The notes below the pieces were generated by a model, which saw only the letters and a list, made by a program, of their open reading frames with translations, had not been told where the DNA came from and searched no databases. DNA of 64,000 bases from Podarcis muralis (lineage: Eukaryota). The position numbers were made by a program, and so were the translations under genes. This document shows positions 1 to 12,698 of this stretch, one piece after another (the first letter of the stretch is position 1; each line of letters begins with the position of its first letter). The stretch lies in NCBI RefSeq assembly GCF_964188315.1, contig NC_135660.1, positions 79,546,001 to 79,610,000 of the forward strand, given 5' to 3'.

Positions 1-280
1 TCACGGGGTGGTTTACAGCATAACGCTACCAAATGAAAGCACAAAATACCTATCATAATAAGAACAAAACCAAAAACCCCTTCCCACAAAGCTCACTAGT
101 GAAGTACTGTGGACCTCATTTTTCAAAAACCAAGCCATGGACCCCCTACTTTTGAAAATTTGCCGTGTTAAATCAAGATGGCAGACCAAAACTTTCAAAA
201 CTGCACTTGTGGGATGTTCCCCACACTCATTTGACTTCCTGAGCAATGCCAAGCACTTACTGCTGGCATATATAATAAGA

Positions 281-393
281 ATAATATAATAATTTATTAT
301 TTGTACCCCACCCATCTGGCTGGGTTTCCCCAGCCACCCTGGGCAACTTCCCACAAAGATGAAAAATACATTAAAATGTCACACATTAATAAC
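281..393 (-). mobile_element. L2 LINE 3' end fragment
   Basis: Matches the 3' UTR and (TTA)n tail of the L2 at 15880-15986. Confidence 0.8.
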
Positions 394-398
394 ATATA

Positions 399-1411
399 CC
401 GTATTTTTCTCTCTATTACACGCAGATTTTTTCTCCTAAAAAGGAAGGGGAAATGTCTGTGCGTGTTATGGAGCGAATGTGGGGGGGGGGGGGGTCCCTG
501 GAGCCGATTAGGGGAGCGCAGGAACAAAAATCAGCAAAAATCAATCGTGCGTTGTGTAGGAGAGGGAAACCTGAAAAGAGGAAGTGGTTGCTTTCCTGCA
601 TTCTGCCTCAGGGTCTTACTGCCCACCCTCCTCTGTTTCGTTGCTGTGTTTGCTCAAACGGAACAAAGAGCAGGCAAATCCCCTCCCCTCCAGGCAAGCA
701 GAGGGGAAAGCAGAGGTCTTTCCTTCTAATTCCTCTCCGTGCTCCTCGCAGGCAGCCAGAAAACATGCAGGAGGAGAGAGAAAGCTGGCTTCGGTTTGTG
801 GAAACTTTTGCCTTTCTTTCCTCCCTCCCGTAAAATCCCTTTCCTGCTTTCTTAGCCAGCTGCTTCTCTGCACACCGCTCTCTTGTCCCTTCTGTGTTTT
901 TCCTTCACTCCCCACTTAAAATGTAGTTACAAAGCATGGATCCACATGGATCCTCATGATCTTTGCATTGGGCCACCCCAAATTCACCATCAGATCACAT
1001 AGCAGCCTGCCCCCCTAAAATCACACACCCACTGTTGCCTGGGGCTGCAATGGTGCAAAAACGTGGTTAAAAAGCATGGATCCACATGGATCCTCAGGAT
1101 CTTTGCATTGGGCCACCCCAAATTCACCATCAGATCACATAGCAGCCTGCCCCCCAAAAATCACACACCCACTGTTGCCTGGGGCTGCAATGGTGCAAAA
1201 ATGTGGTTAAAAAGCATGGATGCACATGGATCCTCAGGATCTTTGCATTGAGCTACCCCAAATTCACCATCAGATCACATGTCTGTGGCCACAGCATGAA
1301 GCACAAAAATGATACATCCACTGTTTCATTCAGAATTTTTTTCCTTGTTTTCCTCCTCTAAAAACGATGTGCGTGTTATGGTCAGGTGCGTGTTATAGAG
1401 CGAAAAATACG

Positions 1412-1412
<1 letters not shown>
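399..1412. mobile_element. Non-autonomous pogo/Tigger-like DNA transposon (~1 kb)
   Basis: ~27-bp TIRs CCGTATTTTTC(G/T)CTCTAT(A/T)ACACGCA at both ends. TA on the left flank; TG followed by (TA)n on the right. Confidence 0.8.
931..1280. repeat. 140-bp tandem repeat, 2.5 copies, inside the Tigger-like element
   Basis: AAAGCATGGA... units start at 931, 1071 and 1211. Confidence 0.9.

Positions 1413-1414
<2 letters not shown>

Positions 1415-1460
<46 letters not shown>
1415..1460. repeat. (TA)23 microsatellite
   Basis: Direct read. Confidence 0.97.
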
Positions 1461-1462
<2 letters not shown>

Positions 1463-1551
1463 CCCAATTCTGTGGATTTGGTTCTGAGGAAAAATATTAC
1501 ACAAATAGCAAACCAGTTTTCAGAAGCTTTCAGCTATGCCAGCAGGTCTTA

Positions 1552-1795
1552 AAGGTAAAGGTAAAGGTACCCCTGCCCGTACGGGCCAGTCTTGACAGAC
1601 TCTGGGGTTGTGCGCCCATCTCACTTAAGAGGCCGGGGGCCAGCGCTGTCCGGAGACACTTCCGGGTCACGTGGCCAGCGTGACATCGCTGCTCTGGCTA
1701 GCCAGAGCCGCACACGGAAACGCCGTTTACCTTCCCGCTAGAAAGCGGTCCCTATTTATCTACTTGCACCCGGGGGTGCTTTCGAACTGCTAGGT
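1552..1795 (-). mobile_element. Sauria (Squam1) SINE, subfamily B, 5' truncated
   Basis: (ACCTTT)n tail; 15-bp TSD TGCCAGCAGGTCTTA at 1537-1551 and 1796-1810. Confidence 0.92.
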
Positions 1796-3559
1796 TGCCA
1801 GCAGGTCTTAATCCCAGGTAAATAGATGGAGCCCAAAGATGCTATTCTCGATGTACAAGATACGAAGTTAATACTCACTTTAAAGTGAGGATTATTTCAA
1901 AACAAAGCACAAGTGTTTGATTAATGTAAAGGGTTATTTCTAAATACGCCATCTGTTACGCAAGGGGTTTGCATAGCCTCCCCACAGGATTCAGGTCACA
2001 AAAGATTTACTCGATTCCCTGCTCTGTTCCCCTTACGGTCAAAGCGAAATACATATCAACTCAAGCGAATGTGTGTTTAAAACCAGGGAGACAAGAGTAA
2101 ATCAACACAGCTATCTAATCATTCCAGCTGCAATATCTGGCTTTTAAATAGGGCTGCCAACCTTTCGATCCACTACTGTAACAGTTTTAATACTGCCTTA
2201 ATGTGCAGGCATCAGTGTGCTAATGTTTATCTTTGAGGTGGGGGAAGACACTTGACAATGTATGCACATCAAACTGCTTTGAAAGACAGGAGCGTAAGCC
2301 AGGCTAACTATTTTCTGGTCAGCTGGCAACCTGTTTCTTAAAATAGGCTGCTTCTTTACCATTTGAAAAAGGAAGCCTTTGTTGAACCTCACAAATCAAA
2401 GGTTGAAATGGTGCCTGAAATCCAAGCCACAAGTCCGATAAAATGGAATATTTGGATACACTCTGCTTAACTCCTCATAAGGAACATATTTATTTACATT
2501 CATTGAGAAATATTCAAGCGACAAATAAAACTGAAAAAGAAAGAAACAAACAAAAAACCCTAAACTATTTATACATTCTAGGCTACCCAGTGCAGAAATT
2601 ACCTATAACAGTATACAGCATCTCCTCAGACTTTAAAGACAGTAATAATCTTTCAGAATATGTTTTTTTAAAAAAAAAAATCTGAAAGCCATGACCTTCA
2701 TTTTCTCAAGAGTCAATACCTTCATTTTCTCAAGAGGCAAGAAAGCAAGATTTCACCTAAACATTTGGAGAAGCTTCTTTAGGTTCAGAAGTGGGACAGA
2801 GTTCATCAGGGTGCTTTGCTGGAGATCTTTAAGTGATGGCTGGATGGTCATGTTTTAGGGAAGCTTTTAGTTGCAAGATTCCCAGACTGGCAAGGGTCAG
2901 AGGGTCTATCTGCTCCCTTCCAGCTCTATAAAGTCTGTTGATTCTAGTACAACTTCCTGGAGCCAATATGGTAAATACTGCTCCTCTTACTTTGTAGTTA
3001 GAAATATAGAATCGCAAAGTTGGAAGGCACCCAATGGTCATCTAGTCCAACCCCCTGCAATGCAGGGATTTCAACACAGAGTCCCCCATCCAATTTGAAA
3101 CCATATTGAACCCTGCTTAACTTTGCAAATATGCTAGCAGCTTTACTGCTGCACCATAAGCAAAGTGTCGTTTTTTTAGGACCCTACCTTTTTTATTTTT
3201 ACGGTGGTAAGTTGCTTTTAATATAGTGCTTTACTGCTGTAACCCGCCCTGGGTTAAGGATGAAGGATCATCAATCATTCGATAATAATTTCAGCAGAAC
3301 TTCCAAATTGGGGCACTTAACTTGGGGAGGGGGCAACAAGATTATCTCTAACTAGATTAACATATAATTACACTGCAACAAGATGGGGGGGCGGAGGCAA
3401 TTATAAATGCTTTAAAGAGAGAGAGAGAAAAGTTGTGCCTTTAAAAGAGGCGATCCTTTCTTGGTAAATTTCCTGCACCCTCTCCCCTACTCTGGAGCAC
3501 TCCCAGCGGCTTCATTCAGCCAGATGGGAAAAAACCCTCCAACTACAAGCCACTCGGCT

Positions 3560-4290
3560 TCCAGGCAGCCCTGGCTAGGCTTTTCCAAGGGACACCGCAG
3601 AGTGGATCCCGCTCGTCCCGCCCCCGACATGGAATATTATTTCTTCTCTGACTGCGCTTTTTCTAGCAACAACCAAGCGTAGAATTCCCCCTTTATTTTG
3701 GCTGCAGGGAATATTGTTCTTATTCCCGCCCTGCCTGCGTTTTTTTTTTTTTCCAAGGGTCAACTGAGAGTGGATTTCCCTCTTTTTATTTTTTTTGGCT
3801 GCTGGGAATATTGTTCTTATTCCCTGCCTGCCTGCGTTTTTTCCAAGGGACAACCGAGCGTGGATTTCCCTTGATCTGCAGCAGGGAATATTGCTGTTTT
3901 ATTCCCTCCCACGGCCGGGCTAGTGCAGGGACCGAGGGATACTCACACCACAGCAGCTCCTGCAGAGAGATGCTCCTGCGGGCTCAGCGCCTCCCCTGCT
4001 GCAACTGCTGCCGCTGATCAGGCGCCTCCCCCGCTACCTGCAAGCGACGCCAAGGTCTTTGCTTTGTTGCAACCTTCGAGCCTGGGAGCGGGGGGGGGGG
4101 GCTCAACGCGCTCCCAGGCTGACTAATCAATCCCCCGCACGCTGATTGATGGCAGGGGAAAGAGGCGAGCTGGCTGCAGGCTTCCCCGCTCTGCTTATGC
4201 TGCGCCTAAGGCGAGAACGTGCCATTATCAGCTGCTGCTGGCCAGGCCATGGGCGCCAGTGAGGTTGCGGACTCTCCTTCCTAGATTTAG
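3560..4290 (-). promoter_or_regulatory. Orphan CpG-rich patch, possible promoter/first non-coding exon of a minus-strand gene leaving the window
   Basis: Locally CpG-rich; strong minus-strand donor GGT|GTGAGTA at 3947/3946; degenerate ~90-bp repeats at 3580-3910. No coding exon found. Confidence 0.35.
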
Positions 4291-4435
4291 CTGGTTTAGC
4301 TGAGATTCTGTGTCCAGGGAGGCTGTCTACCATCTCCATCTAGTACGCAGGCTGATGTCGCAGGAACACCCCCCCCCCCAATCATTCAGTTTGTACAAAC
4401 TTGACACACACACTACATACGCTACGCTTCTGTTA

Positions 4436-4895
4436 TGTTGTTGTTGTTTAGTTGTTTAGCCGTGTACGACCCCATGGACCAGAGCACGCCAGGCACTCCT
4501 GTCTTCCACTGCCTCCCGCAGTTTGGGCAAACTCATGCTAGTAGCTTCGAGAACAGTATCCAACCATCTCGTCCTCTGTCATCCCCTTCTCCTTGTGCCC
4601 TCACTCTTTCCCAACACCAGGGTCTTTTCCAGGGAGTCTTCTCTTCTCATGAGGTGGCCAAAGTATTGGAGCCTCAGCTTCAGGATCTGTCCTTCCAGTG
4701 AGCACTCAGGGCTGATTTCCTTAAGAATGGAGAGGTTTGATCTTCTTTCAGTCCATGGGACTCTCAAGAGTCTCCTCCAGCACCATAATTCAAAAGCATC
4801 AATTCTTTGGCGATCAGCCTTCTTTATGGTCCAGCTCTCACTTCCATACATCACTACTGGGAAAACCATAGCTTTTACTATACGGACCTTTACTA
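4436..4895 (-). mobile_element. RTE/BovB LINE 3' fragment
   Basis: ORF 4579-4869 MVFPVVMYGSESWTIKKADRQRIDAFELWCWRRLLRVPW is the BovB RT C-terminus; (CAA)n tail; 13-bp TSD TACGCTTCTGTTA at 4423-4435 and 4896-4908. Confidence 0.95.
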
Positions 4896-5521
4896 TACGC
4901 TTCTGTTACAAATTCATTGAAAATCAACCATACATTGGATCTGCACCGTTCCACTTTTATTTTACTCCATGAAGGAAGGACTACAAAATGGGGAAGGTTT
5001 GATACAAGGCAGCCGTAATCCCTTGAGCATACCAGCACATACACAGGAGTCCTGCCCAGTTGCTATACCAACCCTGATGGTCCTAGGCAGAAGACCATCA
5101 AGGTCACAAAGAACTTGCATATAGGAGTGGATTCAGCACGGACTGGAACAAAGGACAATGATCAGCTCTTCCCTCTGGGGGCAGGAAACTGCAAACTCCC
5201 CTTTGTCACCTGGAAAGTACTCATGGGGAGGGGGGAAAGGAGGAACCAGCCAGGTGACAAGATACTCAGGTTACCTCCACAACTAGTTGTGATGTAGTTG
5301 TGATGTAGTCTTAGGGGTGTAGTTTGGGGGATTAGTAACTAATAAAAGTTGGGGTCTTCTTTTGTTCTGGACTTCCATTTTGCTTCATCTTGTTGCGGGT
5401 GGAAGTCCTGTCACAACAGTATCCAATGAAGGCCAAGCCTACAGGCTGCTGTTTTGCTCCAAGTTATCCTGGTTGGTGTCTTTGTTTTGTCCAAGGGAGC
5501 CCTCAGATTTCTCCATTAACA

Positions 5522-6420
5522 CTGAGACCCTACCTGCCCGCAGACTGTCTCGCCACAGTGGTACATGCTCTGGTTCTCTCCCGCTTGGACTATTGCAATG
5601 TGCTCTACATGGGGCTACCTTTGATGGTGACCCGGGAACTGCAACTAATCCAGAATGCGGCAGCTAGACTGGTGACTTGGGAGTGGACGGTGAGACCGCG
5701 TAACACCACTCCTGAAAGACCTACATTGGCTCCCAGTTCGTTTCCGGGCACAATTCAAAGCGCTGGTGCTGACCTTTAAAGCCCTAAATCAGGGGTCAGC
5801 AAACTTCTTCAGCAGGGGGCCGTTCCACTGTCCCTCAGACCTTGTGGGGGGGCTGGACTGTAATTTTTTGGGGGAAATGAACAAATTCCTATGCCCCACA
5901 AATAACCCAGAGATGCATTTTAAATAACAGGACACATTCTACTCATGTAAAAACACGCTGATTCCCAGACCGTCCACGGGCTGGATTTAAAAGGCGATTG
6001 GGCCGGATCTGACCCCTGGGCCTTAGTTTGCTTACCCATGCCCTAAACGGCCTCGGCCGCGTATAGCTGAAGGAGCATCTCCACCTCCATCTTTCTGCCT
6101 GGACACTGAGGTCCAGCACCGAGGTCCTTCTGGCGGTTCTCTTACTGCGAGAAGCCAAGTTACAGGGAACCAGGCAGAGGGCCTTCTCAGTAGTGGCACC
6201 CGCCCTGTGGAACACCCTCCCATCAGATGTCAAAGAAATAAAGAGCCATCTCACTTTTAGAAGACATCTGAAGGCAGCCCTGTTAAGGAAGTTTTTCATG
6301 TTTGAAGTTTTATTCTGTTTTTAATGCTCTGTTGAAAGCGGCCCAGAGTGGCTGGGGAAACCCAGCCAGATGGGTGGGGTATAAATAATAAATTATTATA
6401 ATTTCATTATTATTATTATT
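5522..6420 (+). mobile_element. L2 LINE 3' fragment interrupted by a hAT MITE
   Basis: LRPYLPADCL...SRLDYCN...NAAARLV matches the L2 at 14075-15986; 3' UTR and (TTA)n tail at about 6340-6420. Confidence 0.9.
5790..6040. mobile_element. hAT-type MITE nested in L2
   Basis: TIRs CAGGGGTCAGCAAACT / AGTTTGCTTACCCATG; 8-bp TSD CCCTAAA(T/C). Confidence 0.85.
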
Positions 6421-6661
6421 CGTGCATTGCAATATGTCCTTTGGTGTCCCTGCCAACTGCACGATCCTATGATTTCATAAATAAAACCATCTACCACTTG
6501 AAACTTGTGCCCACCCATGCTGATACACTAAGTGCTGTGAGAAGCAGCTTGACTCCTAGCTGCTTCACATCCAGCTGCACTCCCTCTTTCTAGGCAGTTG
6601 GCAACTCTGGTGTGCTTCTGCCAAATGTACCCTGCAAAAGAAGAGCTCCAAGGATCTCTGG

Positions 6662-7256
6662 CATAGCTGTCAAGTGTCCCTTATTTGAAGGGACAGTCCC
6701 TTATTCCAGCGCCATGTCCCGCTGCTGTCCCTTATTGATAAATGTCCCTTAAATGATGTCCCTTAAATTTCAAAGGAAGCAGCTCCTCTTCCTCCCTCCC
6801 TGCCAGCCAGGGAGGAGGGAGGCTCCAATTGTGTTGCTTGGCTGTGTTGCTCACCCAATAAGAAGTTCTTAAACGACTGGGGGGTGGAGCTTGCATGCCT
6901 TGTGTGTGGCTAGTTAATGCAAGCTGAGGAGGTTTTTGAATGCTGGAGGCCATTTTGTTGCACGTGCTGCTGCAAACTTTGCAGTGCAAAGCCAGGCCGG
7001 GGAGCCATCTTAAGTTGAGGCTGCATAGGCCTTGTGGTGCATGTGGTTCAGATTCTATTCAGTTGAACCTCTGGTTACAAAGTTGGTTGGACAGTGTTCT
7101 CGAAGCTACCAGCATGAGTTTGACCAGACTGCAGGAGGACAGGAAGACTGGAGTGCCTGGAACAGGTGAGGCTGCAGGTCCCTTATTTTGGCTGCTGGTC
7201 CCTTATTTTCAAGGCTGCTGGTCCCTTATTTTCAAATCTGTAAGTTGACAGCTATG
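6662..7256. mobile_element. hAT-type non-autonomous element (595 bp)
   Basis: 12-bp TIR CATAGCTGTCAA; perfect 8-bp TSD ATCTCTGG. Confidence 0.9.
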
Positions 7257-7589
7257 ATCTCTGGGATCCTCTCAATAAAGGAACAAAGTGCCACATGACA
7301 AGCAGCACAATGTCTGTGGGCTTTACATTCACCTCCCATGCACCATTAGCTTCCACTGCGCATGCATGAGCACACAAATGCAACCACCTCCGCACTGTAT
7401 GTAGAGCCATGCACATGCAGCAAGAGCACAATGACCAGGAGAGCCCTGCTGGGTCAGATCAAGGATCCAGCTGGCTCAGCATCAGATTCCAGAACGTGAC
7501 CAACCAAAAGATGCTTCTAGGTACCTTGGGAGCAGAAAAGTCCATTTACGTATGCGACCACGGCTGCACGGATGTTATTGGCCCAGAGA

Positions 7590-8005
7590 TGGTAAGAAGA
7601 AAAAGTTCCTACCAGAGAAGAATGGCAGATGAAGTGGCAGATGGACTATGCTGAAATGGCTGAAATGACAGGAAGCATCAGAAATCAGGAAGACCAAAAT
7701 TTTAATAAGGAATGGGGAAAATTTATAACATATCTTAGACCACTGTGAACACTTAAAATCATTAGGATTGGAATATCACTTATAGTTTAAGGGTGAATTC
7801 TGGACACAATGGAGATGTAAAAGATTTTAATCATCATAAAAGATGTGAGAGGAAATTATTTATAACGGGGGGTGGAAGTCCAAGAGATTCCTTGGAATCT
7901 TGTTTTTATGATTTTTAATCTTGTTTTTATGATTTGATAAAGCTCTGTAAAATTTTAATTTGAAAATTTAATTTGAAAAACCAATTTTAATTTTTTTGAA
8001 AAAAG
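7590..8005 (+). mobile_element. L1 LINE 3' fragment
   Basis: Degenerate KVPTREEW..MDYAEMAEMTG...KEWGKFI (ORF2 C-terminus) followed by an AT-rich 3' UTR. Confidence 0.75.
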
Positions 8006-8477
8006 AAACAAACAGGGATGCACAGGTACATCTCTCCCTGATTCAAGAGGTGCGCCATCTCCAAACAGATTCAGAACGGCTCCATTTGATTCCCCACCCC
8101 AAAACTTGTGCATTCTCCATTTCTGGTCAACAGCCAAGAGGGTAACCTTTTAAGACTTCCTAGGAAGGTGTTTTTCATCTGTAGACAGTTTCCAAGATTA
8201 AGTGTCCACGGTTCTTATTTTTAACGAGATAAGTTCTCTAATTACTTCTCCACCCACAGCAGGAATGTCTCCACAACACAAAGGCTGCGCACTGACCCCT
8301 CGCGCCCTCCGGAGGTACCAATTAGAAACGGAGAGAAATGAATTATTTTTCCTTACAGCAGTAATCACAATGTGCCATACAGCAAACTTGCTTTGTGTGA
8401 CTAATAACATTGCCATAAGTCTTAGTTGATACAGGTGTCAACTGTTATTCTTTCAGAACAGGAAAAAGCAAGGAGTA

Positions 8478-8698
8478 TTTATTTATTTGTGTTTACATGC
8501 CACATTGTCCTCCAAGGAGCTCACAGCAGCATACAGTTCTCCCCCCCTGCTCATTTAATCTCCACAATCCTGTGAGGTTGGTTGGGCTGGCAGGCAGTGA
8601 CTGGCCCAAGGTCACCACCTAGAGTTTCATGGCTAAGAAGGATTCGAACCTTGGTTTCCCAGCTCCTAGTCCAGTGCTCCAATCCCGACACAACACTG
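8478..8698 (-). mobile_element. tRNA-derived SINE, Squam3-like
   Basis: Pol III A/B-box head (…GGTTCGAATCC), GGTGACCTTGGGCCAGTCAC core, (TAAA)n tail. Confidence 0.65.
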
Positions 8699-9419
8699 GC
8701 TTTTTAGAGCATAAAATTGTAATTCTTTGTTCTTGCTGTGCCTTTTTGTAACTGCCCAATCGTGCCAGGAGCCTCCATAAACAGAGCAGGCTCCTCGCTT
8801 CAAAACTCATTTGTTGTTTTATTTAGAGACATTTACAGCACACCTTTCACCATGCAGTCCCAGGACCTGTTGAATAAAAGCTCAATACAATCCAACTTTG
8901 TAATATGCTCTACCCCTCAAAGAGGCCTGTCTTAGAAGGTACATTGATCTACCTCTAAAACGTATAGTAACAGATTTCAACACCAGGCGTTTGTGGAAGG
9001 AGGTTTTAGACATCTGGGAGTCAAGTCAGTGATTTCAAAACAGAAGAACGTTGAATTGGGCTCAGAAGCATGCTGGCAACCAGTGCAGGTTTAAGGACCC
9101 AGTCAATAGTGCCCATCCGCACCCTGGCTTTCACATCCTGTATCAATTGCAGCTTCCAGTCTCCAAGGGCAGCCTGGTGAAGAGTGCATGACAATATAAA
9201 AGCTGCACCTAAGAACTGAGCTAAGTGCATGACCCCACATGACCCTTTTCGCCGCACTTGCCCTCTTTATGTGAGTACTGTAATGCCTGAAGAAGGCTAA
9301 TACGTAAGAATGTCTGGGGTTGAGCTGCTATGGCTTCTTTCTCATGCCCCTTAATAACAACAAATTAAAACAGGCACAAGGGTACAATCTAAAAATAAGT
9401 TCTGTCAGCAAGTCTAATC

Positions 9420-9543
9420 TAAGGTTACCAGATTTTTTTCCAATGAATCTGGGGACACTTTTCAACTTCAATGGATTTTGTATGGGGACTGATTTGTAAA
9501 TCTGGGGATTGTCCCCAGGAGACGGGGACATCTGAAAACCTTA
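9420..9543. mobile_element. hAT-type MITE
   Basis: TIR TAAGGTTACCAGA / TCTGAAAACCTTA; perfect 8-bp TSD GTCTAATC; sibling copy at 44490-44621. Confidence 0.85.
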
Positions 9544-10125
9544 GTCTAATCCCTGCTTCTCACTGAAGAAAACAGTAGAACATCATCATCAAGGGAGGTG
9601 TTCACAACCACCACCACCTCTAGCCAAGCTTCCTCTGGCTGCTTTTAGGAGCCAGGATGGTCAACACATGGATGGCCACAAAACTCCAAGCAACTGGTCC
9701 ACAACAGACTGAGTAATCTGAAAGCCAGCCATCAAAATAGGACAAGCAGTTGGAGAGGACATTCCTATCCATGTTCACACTGTACTGTAATATTTACCCA
9801 TCTTTAGATTTACTTGAAGCCCCTGTCAAACTAGGGGCCTGTCAAACTAGTTTTACAGGTCTCTAAAGCATTTCAGGCAGTACCTGGGTAGAGCCTAAAC
9901 TGGATGCCAGAATCATTCTCAGCATTTTAAAAGTGTGTTTATTGCGGGCCCAGGTATTTATTGGTCACTCTTCCCCACTTCCCTGTCACAGATTCTTTAA
10001 ATTCTGGTGATGTCAGTTGATAATATAAACTTACGTTTCAGTGGAGATGCAATCAGGCAACTTTCTGGGAAAATATGTGATTGTTAAATTATAGACTATA
10101 GTATTTAGATACCTTACATGTGTTA

Positions 10126-10487
10126 GGTAAAGGTAAAGGTACCCCTGCCCATACGGGCCAGTCTTGACAGACTCTAGGGTTGTGCGCCCATCTCACTCAA
10201 GAGGCCGGGGGCCAGCGCTGTCCAGAGACACTTCCGGGTCACGTGGCCAGCGTGACATCACTGCTCTGGTGAGCCAGAGCCGCACACGGAAACGCCGTTT
10301 ACCTTCCCGCTAGTAAGCGGTCCCTATTTATCTACTTGCACCCGGAGGTGCTTTCGAACTGCTAGGTTGGCAGGCGCTGGGACCGAACAACGGGAGCGCA
10401 CCCCGCCGCGGGGATTCGAACCGCCGACCTTTCGATCGGCAAGCCCTAGGCGCTGAGGCTTTTTACCCACAGCGCCACCCGTGTCCC
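10126..10487 (-). mobile_element. Sauria SINE, subfamily B, full length
   Basis: tRNA-like head, (ACCTTT)n tail, flanking CTTACATGT(G/A)TTA repeat. Confidence 0.93.
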
Positions 10488-10900
10488 GTCTCTTACATGT
10501 ATTATTGGTTATATTAAAGATCAGCTTCAAAACTGTTAAGCAAGGAGTAAGGAGTAAGGGAAGGAAAACAGCCTCCCCTTCAGATCAGTTTTGGATGATC
10601 GTAACCAGCAGATATTGGGGCAAAACAAGAGAGGAGCATTTCCTTCATGCCCACCTTGTATGTTTCCCAGAGGACATCTGGCTGGCCAGCAAGACAGAAG
10701 GATGCATTAGATGGGTCTTTCGATTGTATCTAGCAAGGCAAGTCTTATCTGTTGACATACTTCCCCTTCAAGTAATTCACATGAAGCTCAAAGGTTTAAC
10801 ATGAACAGCACAAATAGGATTTCTAAGAGCCCCAAAGGCATTTCCAATAGGCATACATATCCTAGGCAGAGCCTATCAAATCAGAAAAGGTACAAGTAGC

Positions 10901-12028
10901 TAGAGTATCATCAACTCAACATCATCAAGTAGCTAGAGTATCATCGAGACATTTAAATAAGATAAAAAAAAAGTTTCACCACTGAGCCCTCTAAATTGGA
11001 AAGAAAATTATTAAATAATAAAACTAAGATAATTTCAAATATGTACCGACTCCTCCTTAACTGTGAAGTCAAGGAGGAGGAGGTGAAGGGAGTGATGATT
11101 GAATGGGCGCAGGACATCGGACATACCATTCCGATGAGTGAGTGGGAAACTCTTTGGAAAACAAATATGAATTTTATAGCATGCTGTACCATCAAAGAAA
11201 ACCTAATGGAGATGCAGTTTAGATATATTACTTCATCAAAGCTTTCGAAGATGTACAAAAATGTCTCTAACATATGCTGGTGGTGCGGGGAAAGTGAAGG
11301 AAATATGTATCATACCTGTATGTGGTGGACGTGCAGGAAAATTAAAAGAGTTTTTGAATCTCATTTATGGTGAGATGAAAAATATCTTTAAATTAACATT
11401 CTTTTAAAAATCCAGAAGCTTTCCTGCTTGGAATTCTAGGTAGAGATATACTGAAAAATGTAAAATAAATTTTCTTATATGCAATGGCCGCCGCCCGAAT
11501 GTTAATTGCAATGAACTGGAAAGGGGAAAAGGTTCCAACCCTATTGGAATGGCAGAATAAATTACTAGAATACGCAGAAATGGCACAACTGACTAACAGG
11601 CTGAGAGGTAATACAAAACAATTATTTATTCAAAAATGGGATATGTTTAGGAGATATTTACAAAAACAGAATAGCGGTATGGCATCTATGACAGCATTTG
11701 AATGCCCCCTATGTAAATTAACTACAAATAAATAAGGAAAAGTGGTACGATATCTTGTAAGAAAGTATTAGAAAATATAGAAAGATTAAGGTAATAATTG
11801 TAAGCACATTTGATATTAGAAATGTTAAATACATTGGGAGATGATGGGAAGTCAATCATACTTTTCTAAGAATGTAGAGTGAAAGAGACTGTATAAGATG
11901 GAATTAATTTATATTATATTTGTAAATTTATACAAGATTACTTATACAAGATTGTCTTTTTTTGTTCATTTAAGATTGTTTTTGTTATCTATGAATTTCA
12001 ATAAAGTATGGGTTTAATAGAGAGAGAG
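10901..12028 (+). mobile_element. L1 LINE 3' fragment with TSD
   Basis: ORF2 C-terminal Zn-knuckle region (ICWWCGESEGNMYH..WWTCRKIK; AARMLIAMNWKGEKVPTLLEWQNKLLEYAEMA), AATAAA at about 12000, 14-bp TSD AAGGTACAAGTAGC at 10887-10900 and 12029-12042. Confidence 0.88.
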
Positions 12029-12562
12029 AAGGTACAAGTAGCAGCAACATGCATGGATACCCAAGTTCTAATTCAGAGCTGTTAAACCCATTGCACAGCA
12101 GCAAATCTGAGTTTGACACACCCACCCCTATCTAGTAACTGACTACCTAATTTTACTGGGGCAAGGGGGTAAGGAGCTGCAAAGACATTTTATTATTAAT
12201 TAAATTTATACAGTCCTTCAAAGATCACAAGGCAATTCAAAACAATAAATAAAAAGACCGTAACAACCCTAACACATTTAAAAGGTCGTAGTTTAATCAA
12301 CCAAAGAACTAATGTGAGAGTAATGTTTTTGCCTGGCGCCTAAAGATGTGTAATGAAGGCACCAGGCAAGCCTCCCAAGGGAAAGCATTCCACAAATAGA
12401 GAGCCACCACAAAAAAGGCCTGTTATCGTGTTGCCACCCTCCAGACCACTTGCTGAGGAGGCACGTGACGAAGGGCCTCAGATGATCGCAGGATCCTGGT
12501 TGCTTCATATGGGGAAATAAGGTCTTTGAGAGTAAATCTAGTTCTTCGCACAGCACCATATC

Positions 12563-12698
12563 CAGTGCTATTTTTCTAGAAAAAGAGGTGCCAGAACTCA
12601 CCATGAACGACTCCCTTGTTCTCTTATAATGGCAATGGCGCCCACCTGAGAGGCGCCGGAACTGAGTTCCTGCGAGTTACAGCTGGAAAAAAGCCCTG
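12563..12698. mobile_element. Old hAT-like MITE next to an older L2-type fragment (about 12190-12530, minus)
   Basis: TIR CAG(T/G)GCT(A/T)TTTT; TSD is degraded. Confidence 0.55.
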
